NCBI GenBank assembly: GCA_963422205.2
Contig: CAXMWX010000009.1
Coordinates: 64,001 to 128,000, forward strand
Length of the DNA: 64,000 nt
Origin: Gammaproteobacteria bacterium
GTDB taxonomy: Bacteria > Pseudomonadota > Gammaproteobacteria > Eutrophobiales > Eutrophobiaceae
Direction: 5' to 3'
Under the pieces are notes generated by a model, which saw only the letters and a program-made list of their open reading frames with translations, ran no database searches and had not been told where the DNA came from. Positions 10,366-20,469 of the stretch are shown piece after piece. Numbering within the stretch: position 1 is the stretch's first letter; each line of letters starts with the position of its first letter. A program made the translations under genes and the position numbers.

Positions 10366-11196
10366 ATGTCTGCCTACAAAGACTTCACTGACAGATTAAA
10401 ACTGCTGTTTTCAAAAAACCCGGGGCTTATCATTACGACCTTGAGCAATATATTCACCATGCGATTGATTGGCAATAAAACCCACGGTGATTTGGCCGAG
10501 ATAGCCATGTCTGAATTTATTAACCAGTACATGTATGACTTCACCTCCCGGCATGTGGGCAAGGACTTATATCGGGCAAAATCCAACGAAGAAGATATCT
10601 CGGTGATCAACGAGATAACCCGGGAGGAGATCCCCATCAGCCTGAAGGCATACGGCGATGGTCCGCTGCAATTATCCACGGACAAAAGTGCGGTCATGTT
10701 CCCGGCACTGCAAGCGCTGGGAGCGAATATTGCCGGTCAGGTGCTGGCCGATCTTTGGGATACGCCTGAATTTTCCGCATTTGGAAATATAAACATACTT
10801 CCCCTGATCTATGATGAGGACAATCAGCGATGCAACATACTGGTGTTTGATTCGGCGCACGCCAAACACGCGGCAGACCGTATCACTCTGGAAGCGGCGG
10901 GCGGGCGGCGCAAACATCCCGTCTATCGCTTCTATGACAACGAAGGCGGGTATATCTGTGAGGTGCGCTATGGGGATGCAGCGGCGAATGCCTTGCAGCG
11001 CGGCCTGTGGACGCATACGCAAAAAGGATTGCGCTACTTCAACTCGCTGACCGATGGCTGGGTTTCCTATACCCACAATGCCTGTCTCGTTGCTCTTCTC
11101 TCCCAGGCGCTGGCGGCCACCCGGCAGGGGCATGAATGCGCCCTGCGTGAGATCAAAGCCGACATAGCGCGGATCAAAAAGAACATGGGGGCCTGA
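10366..11196 (+). CDS. putative type II restriction endonuclease (family not identified)
   Basis: 276-aa soluble ORF ending 2 bp before a DNA methyltransferase; GDLAE...EEDI...PISLK arrangement resembles a PD-(D/E)xK variant active site. The call rests on context and weak motifs. Confidence 0.6.
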   Translation: MSAYKDFTDRLKLLFSKNPGLIITTLSNIFTMRLIGNKTHGDLAEIAMSEFINQYMYDFTSRHVGKDLYRAKSNEEDISVINEITREEIPISLKAYGDGPLQLSTDKSAVMFPALQALGANIAGQVLADLWDTPEFSAFGNINILPLIYDEDNQRCNILVFDSAHAKHAADRITLEAAGGRRKHPVYRFYDNEGGYICEVRYGDAAANALQRGLWTHTQKGLRYFNSLTDGWVSYTHNACLVALLSQALAATRQGHECALREIKADIARIKKNMGA

Positions 11197-11198
11197 CC

Positions 11199-12380
11199 GT
11201 GCTGCATACGGACTTGTTCGGCAGCGTATCGCCACAGGATATAACAACGCAGGGCATCAAATACGCCGGCGCCAAGACCCGGCTGATAGCGCCCATCCTG
11301 AACATGATCGCGAAGGTCAGGCCGAGGCGGGTACTGGACGGGTTTGCTGGAACGACACGGGTCTCTCAAGCCCTCGCCCAGGCCGGATATCAGGTGCTCG
11401 TCAACGATACGGCCATCTGGACAAAGACCTTTGCTGAATGCTACCTCAAGGCACACCGAAGCGATGCCCACTACCAGGGTATTATCGATCACTTAAATGC
11501 CGTCCCCCCAAGACATGGCTGGTTTTCCGAGCATTACGGCGGCGAGGTGGTGGCCGGGCGTTTATCGAAAGGGCAGGATGGCTTAAAGAAGCCGTTTCAA
11601 ATGCCCAATGCGAACCGGCTGGATGGCATACGGGATGAGATAGACCGCCTGGCGTTGGCGCATGATGAGCGGCAGGTGGCGCTGACCAGCCTGATCCTGG
11701 CCCTGGAGCGGGTCGACAGCACACTGGGGCATTATGTCTCCTATCTCAAGGCATGGTCGCCGCGCTCGTTTAATACCTTGCAGCTTGAGCTGCCGCGCCT
11801 GATACGTTCAGACCAGCAGCATGAGGTGTTTAACGAAGATGCGGTGGGCTTGACGGCAAAGGTACAGGCGGATGTGGCCTATTTCGATCCGCCCTACGGC
11901 TCCAATAATGAAAAAATGCCGCCCTCCCGCGTGCGTTATGCGTCTTATTATCACCTGTGGAAGACCATCATCCTGAACGATCAGCCGCGGCTGGTCGGTG
12001 CTGCCCGGCGGCGTGAGGATTGTGCCGATACGGCGGGCGGGTCGGCATTTGAAGAGTTCCGCAGATCAACAAGCGGCAGATTTATGGTTATTGAGGCGAT
12101 AGAGCGTTTGATCCTTAACACGATTTCACCCTGTGTTGTCCTGTCCTACAGCTCTGGCGGGCGCGCCACCGCGACCGAATTAACCGACATACTTGCCCGC
12201 AACGGGACGATCATTGACGTTGTCAGGATAGCGCACAGGCGGCATGTGATGTCTCACATGAAGTGGACGAATGACTGGCTTCGGGATGGTGACGGGGAGA
12301 ATTTTGAATACCTGTTCCTCTTGCAAAAAAAACCGCACAAGCAGACCACTAACGCCAGCCCCCGCTTAACTACCAGCTAA
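11199..12380 (+). CDS. N6-adenine DNA methyltransferase, D12/alpha class (M.NlaIII/M.FokI-like)
   Basis: IKYAGAK motif X, LDGFAGT motif I, VLVND motif II, YFDPPY motif IV, Y.SYYHL, LSYS and terminal EYLF, in the order recalled for M.NlaIII-like enzymes. Confidence 0.9.
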   Translation: MLHTDLFGSVSPQDITTQGIKYAGAKTRLIAPILNMIAKVRPRRVLDGFAGTTRVSQALAQAGYQVLVNDTAIWTKTFAECYLKAHRSDAHYQGIIDHLNAVPPRHGWFSEHYGGEVVAGRLSKGQDGLKKPFQMPNANRLDGIRDEIDRLALAHDERQVALTSLILALERVDSTLGHYVSYLKAWSPRSFNTLQLELPRLIRSDQQHEVFNEDAVGLTAKVQADVAYFDPPYGSNNEKMPPSRVRYASYYHLWKTIILNDQPRLVGAARRREDCADTAGGSAFEEFRRSTSGRFMVIEAIERLILNTISPCVVLSYSSGGRATATELTDILARNGTIIDVVRIAHRRHVMSHMKWTNDWLRDGDGENFEYLFLLQKKPHKQTTNASPRLTTS

Positions 12381-12714
12381 ACAGCACCCATTGCGGCACG
12401 TGAAAATCATCATAGATCTCGCTCATGCGTGATTCCATCTGCCCATCACCATCACGATCAACAAGATAATAGGCCGGGCCGACAACGGGCGTGATCCTGG
12501 TCATATAGTGCTTGCCATTGAGCCGATACTCTTCAATCACCGCCTCGTCCGTCCTGATGATCACCACCTCCGGCTCAATCGCCTCGCCGCTTTTCAGCGG
12601 GTCGGGCAACGTTGGCGGCAAAGGCACATCGTCAAGCGGCGGCGGCCCATCCTGCCCCTTAACGAGAGGGGCGGACAGGAATAACGCCAATATATATACC
12701 GGGATCAATCTCAT
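12370..12714 (-). CDS. DUF2782-like secreted protein
   Basis: Signal peptide, Pro-rich linker, EPEVVII...IEEYRLNG..YM.RITP..GPAYYLVD.DGDG, terminal PQWVLFSW; divergent from polA as in other gammaproteobacteria. Confidence 0.85.
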   Translation of the reverse strand: MRLIPVYILALFLSAPLVKGQDGPPPLDDVPLPPTLPDPLKSGEAIEPEVVIIRTDEAVIEEYRLNGKHYMTRITPVVGPAYYLVDRDGDGQMESRMSEIYDDFHVPQWVLFSW

Positions 12715-12861
12715 CGCCTATCGCCTGTGCTGTCAGATCACATAAAATGCAGGCCGTCAGTATCCGCCATCCTGCCTGGCGTTACAATGCTTATGATGAT
12801 TGCCCCGGGTGATTGCCTTGGGTGATTGCCTTGACTGGGCAGGTTTGGGATGATGCCAGCC

Positions 12862-15564
12862 ATGGACAAACAATCCCTGGTGCTGGTGGACGGGTCTTAT
12901 TATCTGTTTCGAGCATACCATGCCATGCCGGAGTTCACCAACGCCAGGGGCGAGCCTACCGGCGCCCTGTACGGTGTCGTCAACATGTTGCGAAAATTAT
13001 TGCGGGAAGAACAGCCGGACTATTTTGCCGTGGTATTCGATGCCAAAGGCAAGAGCTTTCGCAACGACATGTATGCCGACTACAAGGCACACCGGCCGCC
13101 AACCCCGGACAACCTCATCGTACAGATCGAGCCGCTGCATGAGATCATCCGGGCGCTGGGGCTGCCGCTATTATGCGTTGATGGGGTGGAGGCCGATGAT
13201 GTCATCGCCACGCTGGCAGTGAAGGCGCAGGCGGCTGGCATGACCACGCTGATATCCACTGGCGATAAGGACCTGGCGCAACTGGTCAATGACGATATCG
13301 CGTTGATCAACACCATGAATAACGCCCGCTACGATCGGGCCGGCGTGATAGAAAAATACGGCGTGCCGCCGGAGCGGATTATCGACTACCTTGCCATCAT
13401 CGGCGACAGCACAGACAACATTCCCGGCGTACACAAGGCCGGCCCGAAGACAGCCGTAAAATGGCTGGCCGAGTACGGCTCGCTGGAGGGGATCATCGCC
13501 GCTGCTGACAGCATCAAGGGCAAGGTGGGCGGCTACTTAAGAGACAGCCTGCACCAGTTACCGCTGAACAAGCAGCTCATCACGCTGAAGACCGATGTGG
13601 CACTGGCCGTAGCGCCGCCGGAGTTGCTCATCTGCCCGCAGGATGCCGCCGCCCTGGGGGCGCACTATGTGCGCTGGGGCTTTAGAAGCTGGCTGCCTGA
13701 GTTGAACGGCACAGGAAAAGCTGAACACAGGGGCGCATCGGCAAAAGACCCGGCGGAGAGAGGCTATATCACCCTGCTGGATGAGTCAGGCTGGCAGGCG
13801 TGGCTGGAGAGAATACACGCCGCCCCACTTACCGCCTTTGACACCGAGACCACCAGCCTTGCTTACATGGACGCCGAGCTGGTTGGCATGTCATTCGCCA
13901 CCGATGCACACAGTGCGGCCTACCTGCCGCTGGCGCATGACTACCCCGGCGCACCGAAGCAGCTGGGACGGGCTGCCGTGCTGGCAGAACTTCGGCCCTG
14001 GCTGGAGTCAGCACAGCATAAGAAAGTCGGCCAAAACCTGAAATACGATAAAAATGTGCTGGCCCGCTACGGCATTACCCTTAGGGGCATCGCCCACGAT
14101 TGCATGTTGCAGTCCTATGTGCTGGACAGCACCGCCGTCCGCCACGATCTGGATTCGCTGGCGCAAAAATACCTTGACAGGCAAACCACCCGCTATGAGG
14201 ACATCGCCGGCAAGGGGGCAAAGCAGCTTAGCTTTAATCAGATCGCCCTGGCCGAAGCCGCACCTTATGCAGCCGAGGATGCCGACATCAGCCTGCAACT
14301 ACACCAGCACCTGTGGCCAAAACTCACCGCACAGAAAAAGTGCTGTGAGTTATATACCGACATCGAGCTGCCGCTGCTCAGCGTCATCTCGGACATGGAG
14401 CGAGGCGGTGTGCAGATCGATACCGCCATGCTGGCCGAGCAAAGCCAGGGGCTGGCCGAGGCCATGCAGGTGCTTGAGCAAGATGCCTTTGAATTGGCTG
14501 GCGAGCGTTTTAACATCGGCTCACCGAAACAAATCCAGGCGATTTTGTATGAGAAGCTGGGCCTGCCGGTATTATCCAGGACCCCCAAGGGGCAGCCCTC
14601 CACCGCCGAGGCCGTGTTGCAGGAGTTAGCTATTGATTACCCGCTGCCGAAACTGATACTGGAACACCGCAGCGTCAACAAGCTGAAATCGGCCTACACC
14701 GACAAGCTGCCCTTGCTGGTCAACCGCCACACAGGCCGCGTACACACTTCCTACCATCAGGCCATCGCCGCCACGGGAAGATTATCCTCCTCTGATCCGA
14801 ACCTGCAAAACATCCCCATACGCACCGAGGCCGGGCGCAAAATACGCCAGGCATTTACCTGCCCCCGGGGTCACATCCTGCTGGCGGCTGATTACTCGCA
14901 GATAGAATTACGCATCATGGCGCACCTGTCCGGTGATGAGACCTTGCTGGCGGCTTTTAACAACAATGCGGACATCCACCAAAGCACGGCTGCCGAGGTC
15001 TTTGCGCTGCCGCCAGCACAGATCAGCGGCGAGCAACGGCGGGCGGCCAAGGCCATCAACTTTGGCCTGATATACGGCATGTCGGCCTGGGGGCTGGCAA
15101 AGCAATTAGGCATACAGCGAAGTGCCGCCCAGGACTATGTCGACCGGTATTTTCAACGATATCCGGCGGTGCGGGCGTACATGGACAAGGTACGTGAGCA
15201 GGCAAGAGAGGCCGGCTATGTTGAGACCTTGTTTGGGCGGCGGCTGTATGTGCCGGAGATTCGCTCACGCCATGCCGCCCGGCGCCAGTATGCCGAGAGA
15301 ACCGCCATCAATGCGCCCATGCAGGGAACAGCCGCCGACATCATCAAGCGCGCCATGCTCGCCATCGACAGGGAATTGCTACAGACCAACGATGAGATAA
15401 AGATGATCATGCAGGTGCATGATGAGCTGGTGTTTGAAGTGCGGGCGGAGGCAGCGGAAAAATACCAGCCGGCCATTGCCCGGCTGATGGGTGAGGCGGC
15501 GCTGCTGGATGTCCCCCTGCTGGTAGATATCGGCAGCGGCCAGAATTGGGATGAGGCGCATTAG
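12862..15564 (+). CDS. polA: DNA polymerase I
   Basis: LVLVDGSYYLFRAYHA 5'-3' exonuclease, AFDTETT 3'-5' exonuclease, ADYSQIELR, KAINFGLIYG, QVHDELVFE; start could be 12850 or 12862. Confidence 0.98.
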   Translation: MDKQSLVLVDGSYYLFRAYHAMPEFTNARGEPTGALYGVVNMLRKLLREEQPDYFAVVFDAKGKSFRNDMYADYKAHRPPTPDNLIVQIEPLHEIIRALGLPLLCVDGVEADDVIATLAVKAQAAGMTTLISTGDKDLAQLVNDDIALINTMNNARYDRAGVIEKYGVPPERIIDYLAIIGDSTDNIPGVHKAGPKTAVKWLAEYGSLEGIIAAADSIKGKVGGYLRDSLHQLPLNKQLITLKTDVALAVAPPELLICPQDAAALGAHYVRWGFRSWLPELNGTGKAEHRGASAKDPAERGYITLLDESGWQAWLERIHAAPLTAFDTETTSLAYMDAELVGMSFATDAHSAAYLPLAHDYPGAPKQLGRAAVLAELRPWLESAQHKKVGQNLKYDKNVLARYGITLRGIAHDCMLQSYVLDSTAVRHDLDSLAQKYLDRQTTRYEDIAGKGAKQLSFNQIALAEAAPYAAEDADISLQLHQHLWPKLTAQKKCCELYTDIELPLLSVISDMERGGVQIDTAMLAEQSQGLAEAMQVLEQDAFELAGERFNIGSPKQIQAILYEKLGLPVLSRTPKGQPSTAEAVLQELAIDYPLPKLILEHRSVNKLKSAYTDKLPLLVNRHTGRVHTSYHQAIAATGRLSSSDPNLQNIPIRTEAGRKIRQAFTCPRGHILLAADYSQIELRIMAHLSGDETLLAAFNNNADIHQSTAAEVFALPPAQISGEQRRAAKAINFGLIYGMSAWGLAKQLGIQRSAAQDYVDRYFQRYPAVRAYMDKVREQAREAGYVETLFGRRLYVPEIRSRHAARRQYAERTAINAPMQGTAADIIKRAMLAIDRELLQTNDEIKMIMQVHDELVFEVRAEAAEKYQPAIARLMGEAALLDVPLLVDIGSGQNWDEAH

Positions 15565-15665
15565 GCGGTCGCTTACCTGTCAGGCAGACTGTGCTAAGAT
15601 GCCATCGGGCTGATCAGAATTTATAATAACACACGGTTTAACCACACGTACCCAGGAAGCAAATC

Positions 15666-16406
15666 ATGTTGTTGATCCCCGCCATAGATATCAAAGATGG
15701 GAAGTGTGTGCGTCTGCGCCAGGGTGATATGGACTGCGAGACGGTGTACGGCGATGATCCGCTGGCGGCGGCCACACGCTGGGTTGAGGCCGGGGCGAAG
15801 CGGCTGCATATCGTTGATTTGAACGGGGCGCAAACCGGCCGGCCAGCCAACGCCGACATCATCCATGCCATTGTCGAGCAATACCCGCACATCGATATTC
15901 AAGCAGGCGGCGGCATTCGTGATGAGGACACCATCCAGACCTATCTGGATGCGGGCGTCCGCTATGTCATCATCGGCACCCGCGCCGTGACCACGCCACA
16001 TTTTGTGGCGGATATCTGTCTGGAGTTCCCCGGCCATATCATCGTTGCCCTGGATGCCAAAGACGGCAAGCTGGCCACCGATGGCTGGTCAAAGCTCTCG
16101 CGCCACGATGCTGCTGACATGGCACAACGCTTTGAACAGGAAGGCGTCTCGGCGATCATCTTCACCGACATCGGTCGGGACGGCATGATGACCCGGGTCA
16201 ACATTGAAGCCACGGTCAGCCTGTGTCGGCAGATCACCATTCCAGTGATCGCCTCGGGCGGCATAAGAGACCTTGACGATGTGCGGGCGCTTTGTCAGGT
16301 GGCGGGGGAAGGCATTGCCGGGGCCATCACCGGGCGGGCGATCTACGAAGGTGCGCTGGATTTCAAGGCCGCCCTGGAACTCATCAACTCGCTCTGCCCG
16401 GGCTGA
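15666..16406 (+). CDS. hisA: ProFAR isomerase HisA
   Basis: [48 protein letters not shown]. Confidence 0.97.
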   Translation: MLLIPAIDIKDGKCVRLRQGDMDCETVYGDDPLAAATRWVEAGAKRLHIVDLNGAQTGRPANADIIHAIVEQYPHIDIQAGGGIRDEDTIQTYLDAGVRYVIIGTRAVTTPHFVADICLEFPGHIIVALDAKDGKLATDGWSKLSRHDAADMAQRFEQEGVSAIIFTDIGRDGMMTRVNIEATVSLCRQITIPVIASGGIRDLDDVRALCQVAGEGIAGAITGRAIYEGALDFKAALELINSLCPG

Positions 16407-16408
16407 CC

Positions 16409-17221
16409 GTGGCGCTGGCCAAACGCATCATCCCCTGTCTGGATGTGGATGCCGGGCGGGTAGTCAAAGGCGTTAAGTTTGTTGACCTCATTGATGCTGG
16501 CGACCCGGTGGCAGTGGCACGCCAGTATGATGCACAGGGGGCGGATGAGCTGGTCTTTCTGGACATCACCGCCAGCAGTGATAATCGCGATACCCTGCGG
16601 CATGTGGTGGAGGCAGTGGCCGGCGAGGTGTTTATCCCCTTAACCGTGGGCGGCGGCATCCGTACACTGACCGATATACAGCACCTGCTGGATGTCGGGG
16701 CGGACAAACTCAGCATCAACACGGCCGCCGTGCAGCGGCCGGAGTTTGTCAGGGAGGCGGCGGCGCAATTTGGCTCACAGTGCATCGTGGTGGCGATCGA
16801 TGCCAAGCGCACAGGGATGCTGGCTGATGCGCCAGATGAGGGCGGTCGGGGCTGGGAGGTCTATACCCACGGCGGGCGCAACCGCACGGGCATTGACGCC
16901 GTAGCATGGGCAAAGCAGATGGCCGCCTGTGGTGCGGGTGAGATCCTGCTCACCAGCATGGACCGGGATGGTGGTCGTGATGGTTTTGATCTGGCATTGA
17001 CCCGGGCTGTCAGCGAGGCCGTACCTATACCGGTGATCGCCTCGGGCGGCGTTGGCTCCCTGGCGCATCTGGCAGCAGGCATTATTGAAGGCAAGGCCGA
17101 TGCGGTGCTGGCCGCCAGCATCTTCCACTTTGGCGAGCACAGTATACGACAGGCAAAACACCACCTGGCGCAACACGGCATTGAGGTGCGGCTTTCGCCT
17201 GAAGACACGGCGGGAAAATGA
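16409..17221 (+). CDS. hisF: imidazole glycerol phosphate synthase cyclase subunit HisF
   Basis: GTG at 16409: [52 protein letters not shown]. Confidence 0.97.
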   Translation: MALAKRIIPCLDVDAGRVVKGVKFVDLIDAGDPVAVARQYDAQGADELVFLDITASSDNRDTLRHVVEAVAGEVFIPLTVGGGIRTLTDIQHLLDVGADKLSINTAAVQRPEFVREAAAQFGSQCIVVAIDAKRTGMLADAPDEGGRGWEVYTHGGRNRTGIDAVAWAKQMAACGAGEILLTSMDRDGGRDGFDLALTRAVSEAVPIPVIASGGVGSLAHLAAGIIEGKADAVLAASIFHFGEHSIRQAKHHLAQHGIEVRLSPEDTAGK

Positions 17222-17251
17222 CAACAAAAAAAGGCTTGGAGGATCACGCTA

Positions 17252-18218
17252 ATGAGCCATGACCTGGAAAAAGAAATCAGACTGGTTGAGGAGGCCAGTC
17301 CGCATGGCTGGCACCTTGAGGAAATCGATAGCAAAGGCGGGCGAAAGAGTGGGAGTTTCACGCCTTGGCAGGAGGAAATCTATTTTACGGCCAGCGAACT
17401 GCGCCTGGAGCAGCAAGTATATGTACATAATAGTGATGGCTCGTTTCTTTGGGACAATAAAAAAAAAGGATGGACGGGAAATTGAAGAAGGCGAAGTCAT
17501 CACCGCCGTACTGCATCCCGGCATCTGCACTGACGGAAAATATTTTCACGATGCTCCTTTATTCTCACTGTTCGGTACCGACACACCCATAGCTGAATTT
17601 TCTCTTGCGATAAGAGTCGCTACTGATGAGAAAGAAGGGGGTATTGTTGTTTATACCTTTAATGAGAAGCAAGATGATGTTGATGTCGATTATGGTGTGA
17701 TGCGAATAAACCTGGGCATACCTCGACAGAGATTTCACAAATTGGCTGGGTTGATAAGCGCCAGGATGATTGATGTCGCCACGTTTAGCCTGGATAAAGC
17801 AACCGGATTCTATAGTGGTACCATCTATCATCCCCACAACTTTAGGGACAACATTAAAGTGCTTTATGACAACACGCTTTATGACGATAGACAGGGAAAG
17901 TCCATAAAACAAAAGATCATAAAGCCGGCGGAATGTAACATTAAACCGCCCGAGTTGGGCGATGTCGGTGGATTTAACTTAAATTTAACTACGCGGTGCA
18001 AACTCAATCCGAGACAAAACTTCAAGTATCCAAAAATCACAAAACCAGACTTCTCAGAATATGGGTCTACAGTTGAAATATGCGAAGAGGCGGAATGGAC
18101 GGAAGAAATCATTAAAAAACTGTTGGCTCAAATCGCACGCGATCAGACCGAACTCGTCAAATTAAAAACACCCGTCTGGCTTATCACAATATTATTTGGG
18201 GTGTTATTGCTATTTTAA
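17252..18218 (+). pseudogene. uncharacterised AT-rich protein with C-terminal TM anchor, split by a +1 frameshift in an A9 tract
   Basis: GGAGG RBS at 17238-17242 precedes ATG 17252; ORF 17252-17485 joins the frame ending at 18218 if the A9 run at 17459-17467 is read as A8 (321 aa); ends in amphipathic helix plus PVWLITILFGVLLLF*. Confidence 0.65.
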
Positions 18219-18248
18219 AATAACAGGGCGACAGAGTAAGAACACGAC

Positions 18249-19049
18249 ATGAAGGTAAGCACACCGCCGATAAAACCCCAGGGCATAAAGACAAAACTTG
18301 TGCCGTGGATTGGCCGCCTGGTGGATCGTGAACTTGCAGGCCGCTGGATAGAGCCGTTCATGGGCACGGGTGTTGTCGGCTTTAATCTTGCACAAGAGGG
18401 CGCAAGGCTGGCGGATAAGGGCGAGGCGCATTACTATAAAATACGCGACAGGTTCAATCAGGATCATCAGCCGCTTGATTTTTTGTTCCTAAACCGGGCG
18501 GGATTTAACGGCATGATCCGATTTAATCGTCAGGGGGATTTCAATGTGCCTTTTTGCCGAAAGCCCGGGCGTTTTGCACCGGCTTACATTACGAAGATCG
18601 TCAATCAGGTCTCCCATGTTGCCCGGCGGTTACAGACCGGGGACTTTATCTTCACATGCCAGGGGTTTGAGGAGACCATCAGGGCGGGCGGGGCTGAGGA
18701 TATGATCTACTGCGATCCCCCCTACCTTGGCCGGCACACGGATTACTACAATGGCTGGGATGGCCAGCTTGAGAAGGCGCTGTTTAAGGCATTATCCAGG
18801 GCGCCGGGTAAATTCATTTTGTCCACCTGGCATCATAACGACTACCGGGAAAATGAATACATTAACTCGCTATGGAGCCAGTTTAACGTCCTGACCAGGG
18901 CGCATTTCTATCACGTTGGGGCGAGCGAGGCTAACCGCAGGCCAATGGTTGAGGCGCTCATCACCAACTGCGATAGCGCTTTTTATGCACGGGATGAGCG
19001 GCAGGACCAGGGGCCGTTGCTGGAAAGGCACCGCGCAAGCGGTGCATAA
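18249..19049 (+). CDS. Dam-family N6-adenine methyltransferase, M.EcoRV-like, with apparent in-frame internal deletion
   Basis: [99 protein letters not shown] all match the recalled M.EcoRV sequence; the motif II segment after FNLA is absent. Confidence 0.88.
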   Translation: MKVSTPPIKPQGIKTKLVPWIGRLVDRELAGRWIEPFMGTGVVGFNLAQEGARLADKGEAHYYKIRDRFNQDHQPLDFLFLNRAGFNGMIRFNRQGDFNVPFCRKPGRFAPAYITKIVNQVSHVARRLQTGDFIFTCQGFEETIRAGGAEDMIYCDPPYLGRHTDYYNGWDGQLEKALFKALSRAPGKFILSTWHHNDYRENEYINSLWSQFNVLTRAHFYHVGASEANRRPMVEALITNCDSAFYARDERQDQGPLLERHRASGA

Positions 19050-19112
19050 TGGCTTGCCTGATGAGCGCTGAATTAACTCTGCCTGGCCGTTTATTAAGAA
19101 TGTCAGCACAAC

Positions 19113-19517
19113 ATGAATGATGAGACAGCACAATGGCTGGGGCGGGTCAACTGGAACCGGGACGGTTTGGTAGCGACCATCGCCCAGGACAAGGCCAGCG
19201 GGCGGGTGTTGACGCTGGCCTGGATGAATCGCACCGCCCTGACGGAGACGCTGGCCTTAAAACAAGCCGTCTACTGGTCACGTTCACGGCAAAGGCTCTG
19301 GCATAAAGGCGAGCGCTCCGGCCTGTTTCAGCAGGTGCATGAGATCCGCCTGGACTGCGATGCCGATGCCATCCTGTTACAGGTCACGCAAGCCGGCGGG
19401 GTAGCCTGTCACACCGGCCGGGCCAGTTGTTTTTTTCTGCGCCTTAATGAGGGCGAATGGCAGGCGGTCGAGCCGGTGTTAATTGAGCCGGATAAACTGT
19501 ATGGCGAGAGAGCATGA
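19113..19517 (+). CDS. hisI: phosphoribosyl-AMP cyclohydrolase
   Basis: YWSRSRQRLWHKGERSG, LDCDADA, ACHTGRASCFF. Confidence 0.96.
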   Translation: MNDETAQWLGRVNWNRDGLVATIAQDKASGRVLTLAWMNRTALTETLALKQAVYWSRSRQRLWHKGERSGLFQQVHEIRLDCDADAILLQVTQAGGVACHTGRASCFFLRLNEGEWQAVEPVLIEPDKLYGERA

Positions 19518-19837
19518 ACGAGGCCGAGGTGCTGGCCGAGTTGGCCGCGGTGCTGGAGCAAAGAAAACAGGCCCGGCCAGCAGAATCCTACGTTGCCTCG
19601 CTGTATGCGGGCGGCACCGATTTGATCGCCGCCAAGATCAGCGAAGAGGCCGAAGAGACGATCCAGGCAGCGAAGACCGAGGAAGATAAAGCGCTCATCC
19701 ACGAAACCGCCGACCTGTGGTTTCACAGCCTGGTGCTGCTGTGCCACAAGAACATTGCCCCGAAGGCGGTACTGGCCGAGCTAACCCGCCGCTTTGGCCT
19801 GTCCGGTCACACAGAAAAAGCCGCCAGAGACAAATAA
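19514..19837 (+). CDS. hisE: phosphoribosyl-ATP diphosphatase
   Basis: SYVASLY..G...I..KI.EEA.E, ETADLWFH.LV, RRFGLSG. Confidence 0.96.
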   Translation: MNEAEVLAELAAVLEQRKQARPAESYVASLYAGGTDLIAAKISEEAEETIQAAKTEEDKALIHETADLWFHSLVLLCHKNIAPKAVLAELTRRFGLSGHTEKAARDK

Positions 19838-19915
19838 AAGCTGTAGTATACTGCTGACTTGGGCGGCCAGGCTGTTAAGGCTGCCCTGATCGGTTTTGCT
19901 TTGTGGAGGGTGACT

Positions 19916-20152
19916 ATGAGTTTTGGTATTTGGGAGCTGGGCATCATTCTCGCCATTGTGGCGCTGCTGTTCGGCACCAAGAAGCTACGCACCATAGGTG
20001 CGGACATGGGCAGTGCCATCAAGGGCTTTCGCTCGGCGATGAAGGATGAGGAGACGAACGGTGCTGAAGCGCCAGCGGAAGGCCGGGTTATTGAAGGAGA
20101 AGTGCAGCCGCCGACAAAAAACAGCACCGAGAGAGCCCCCGGCACAAGCTGA
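19916..20152 (+). CDS. tatA: twin-arginine translocase TatA
   Basis: [39 protein letters not shown]. Confidence 0.95.
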   Translation: MSFGIWELGIILAIVALLFGTKKLRTIGADMGSAIKGFRSAMKDEETNGAEAPAEGRVIEGEVQPPTKNSTERAPGTS

Positions 20153-20167
20153 CAGGGATACAGCAGC

Positions 20168-20461
20168 ATGTTCGATGTCGGCTTCTGGGAGTTGGTGATC
20201 ATCGCTGCGGTGGCGCTGCTGGTGGCCGGCCCGGAGAAGCTGCCCGGCATGGTGCGTGATGCCAGCAGGGCGCTGCGCCGTATCCGCCGTTTTGTCACCG
20301 AGACAAAATATACGATAGAGCGGGAGTTGGAACTGGACGAGGGCAGGGACTTAAAGACCCGGCTGGACAGCATGAACGACCTGATGAGGATCGCCCCGGA
20401 CAACACCATGGATAAAAACACGATTCATGACGCGCCGCCGCCCGATCAAAAAACCCCTTAA
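20168..20461 (+). CDS. tatB: twin-arginine translocase TatB
   Basis: MFDVGFWELVII...LLVAGPEKLP. Confidence 0.95.
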   Translation: MFDVGFWELVIIAAVALLVAGPEKLPGMVRDASRALRRIRRFVTETKYTIERELELDEGRDLKTRLDSMNDLMRIAPDNTMDKNTIHDAPPPDQKTP

Positions 20462-20469
20462 TTCGCCCC

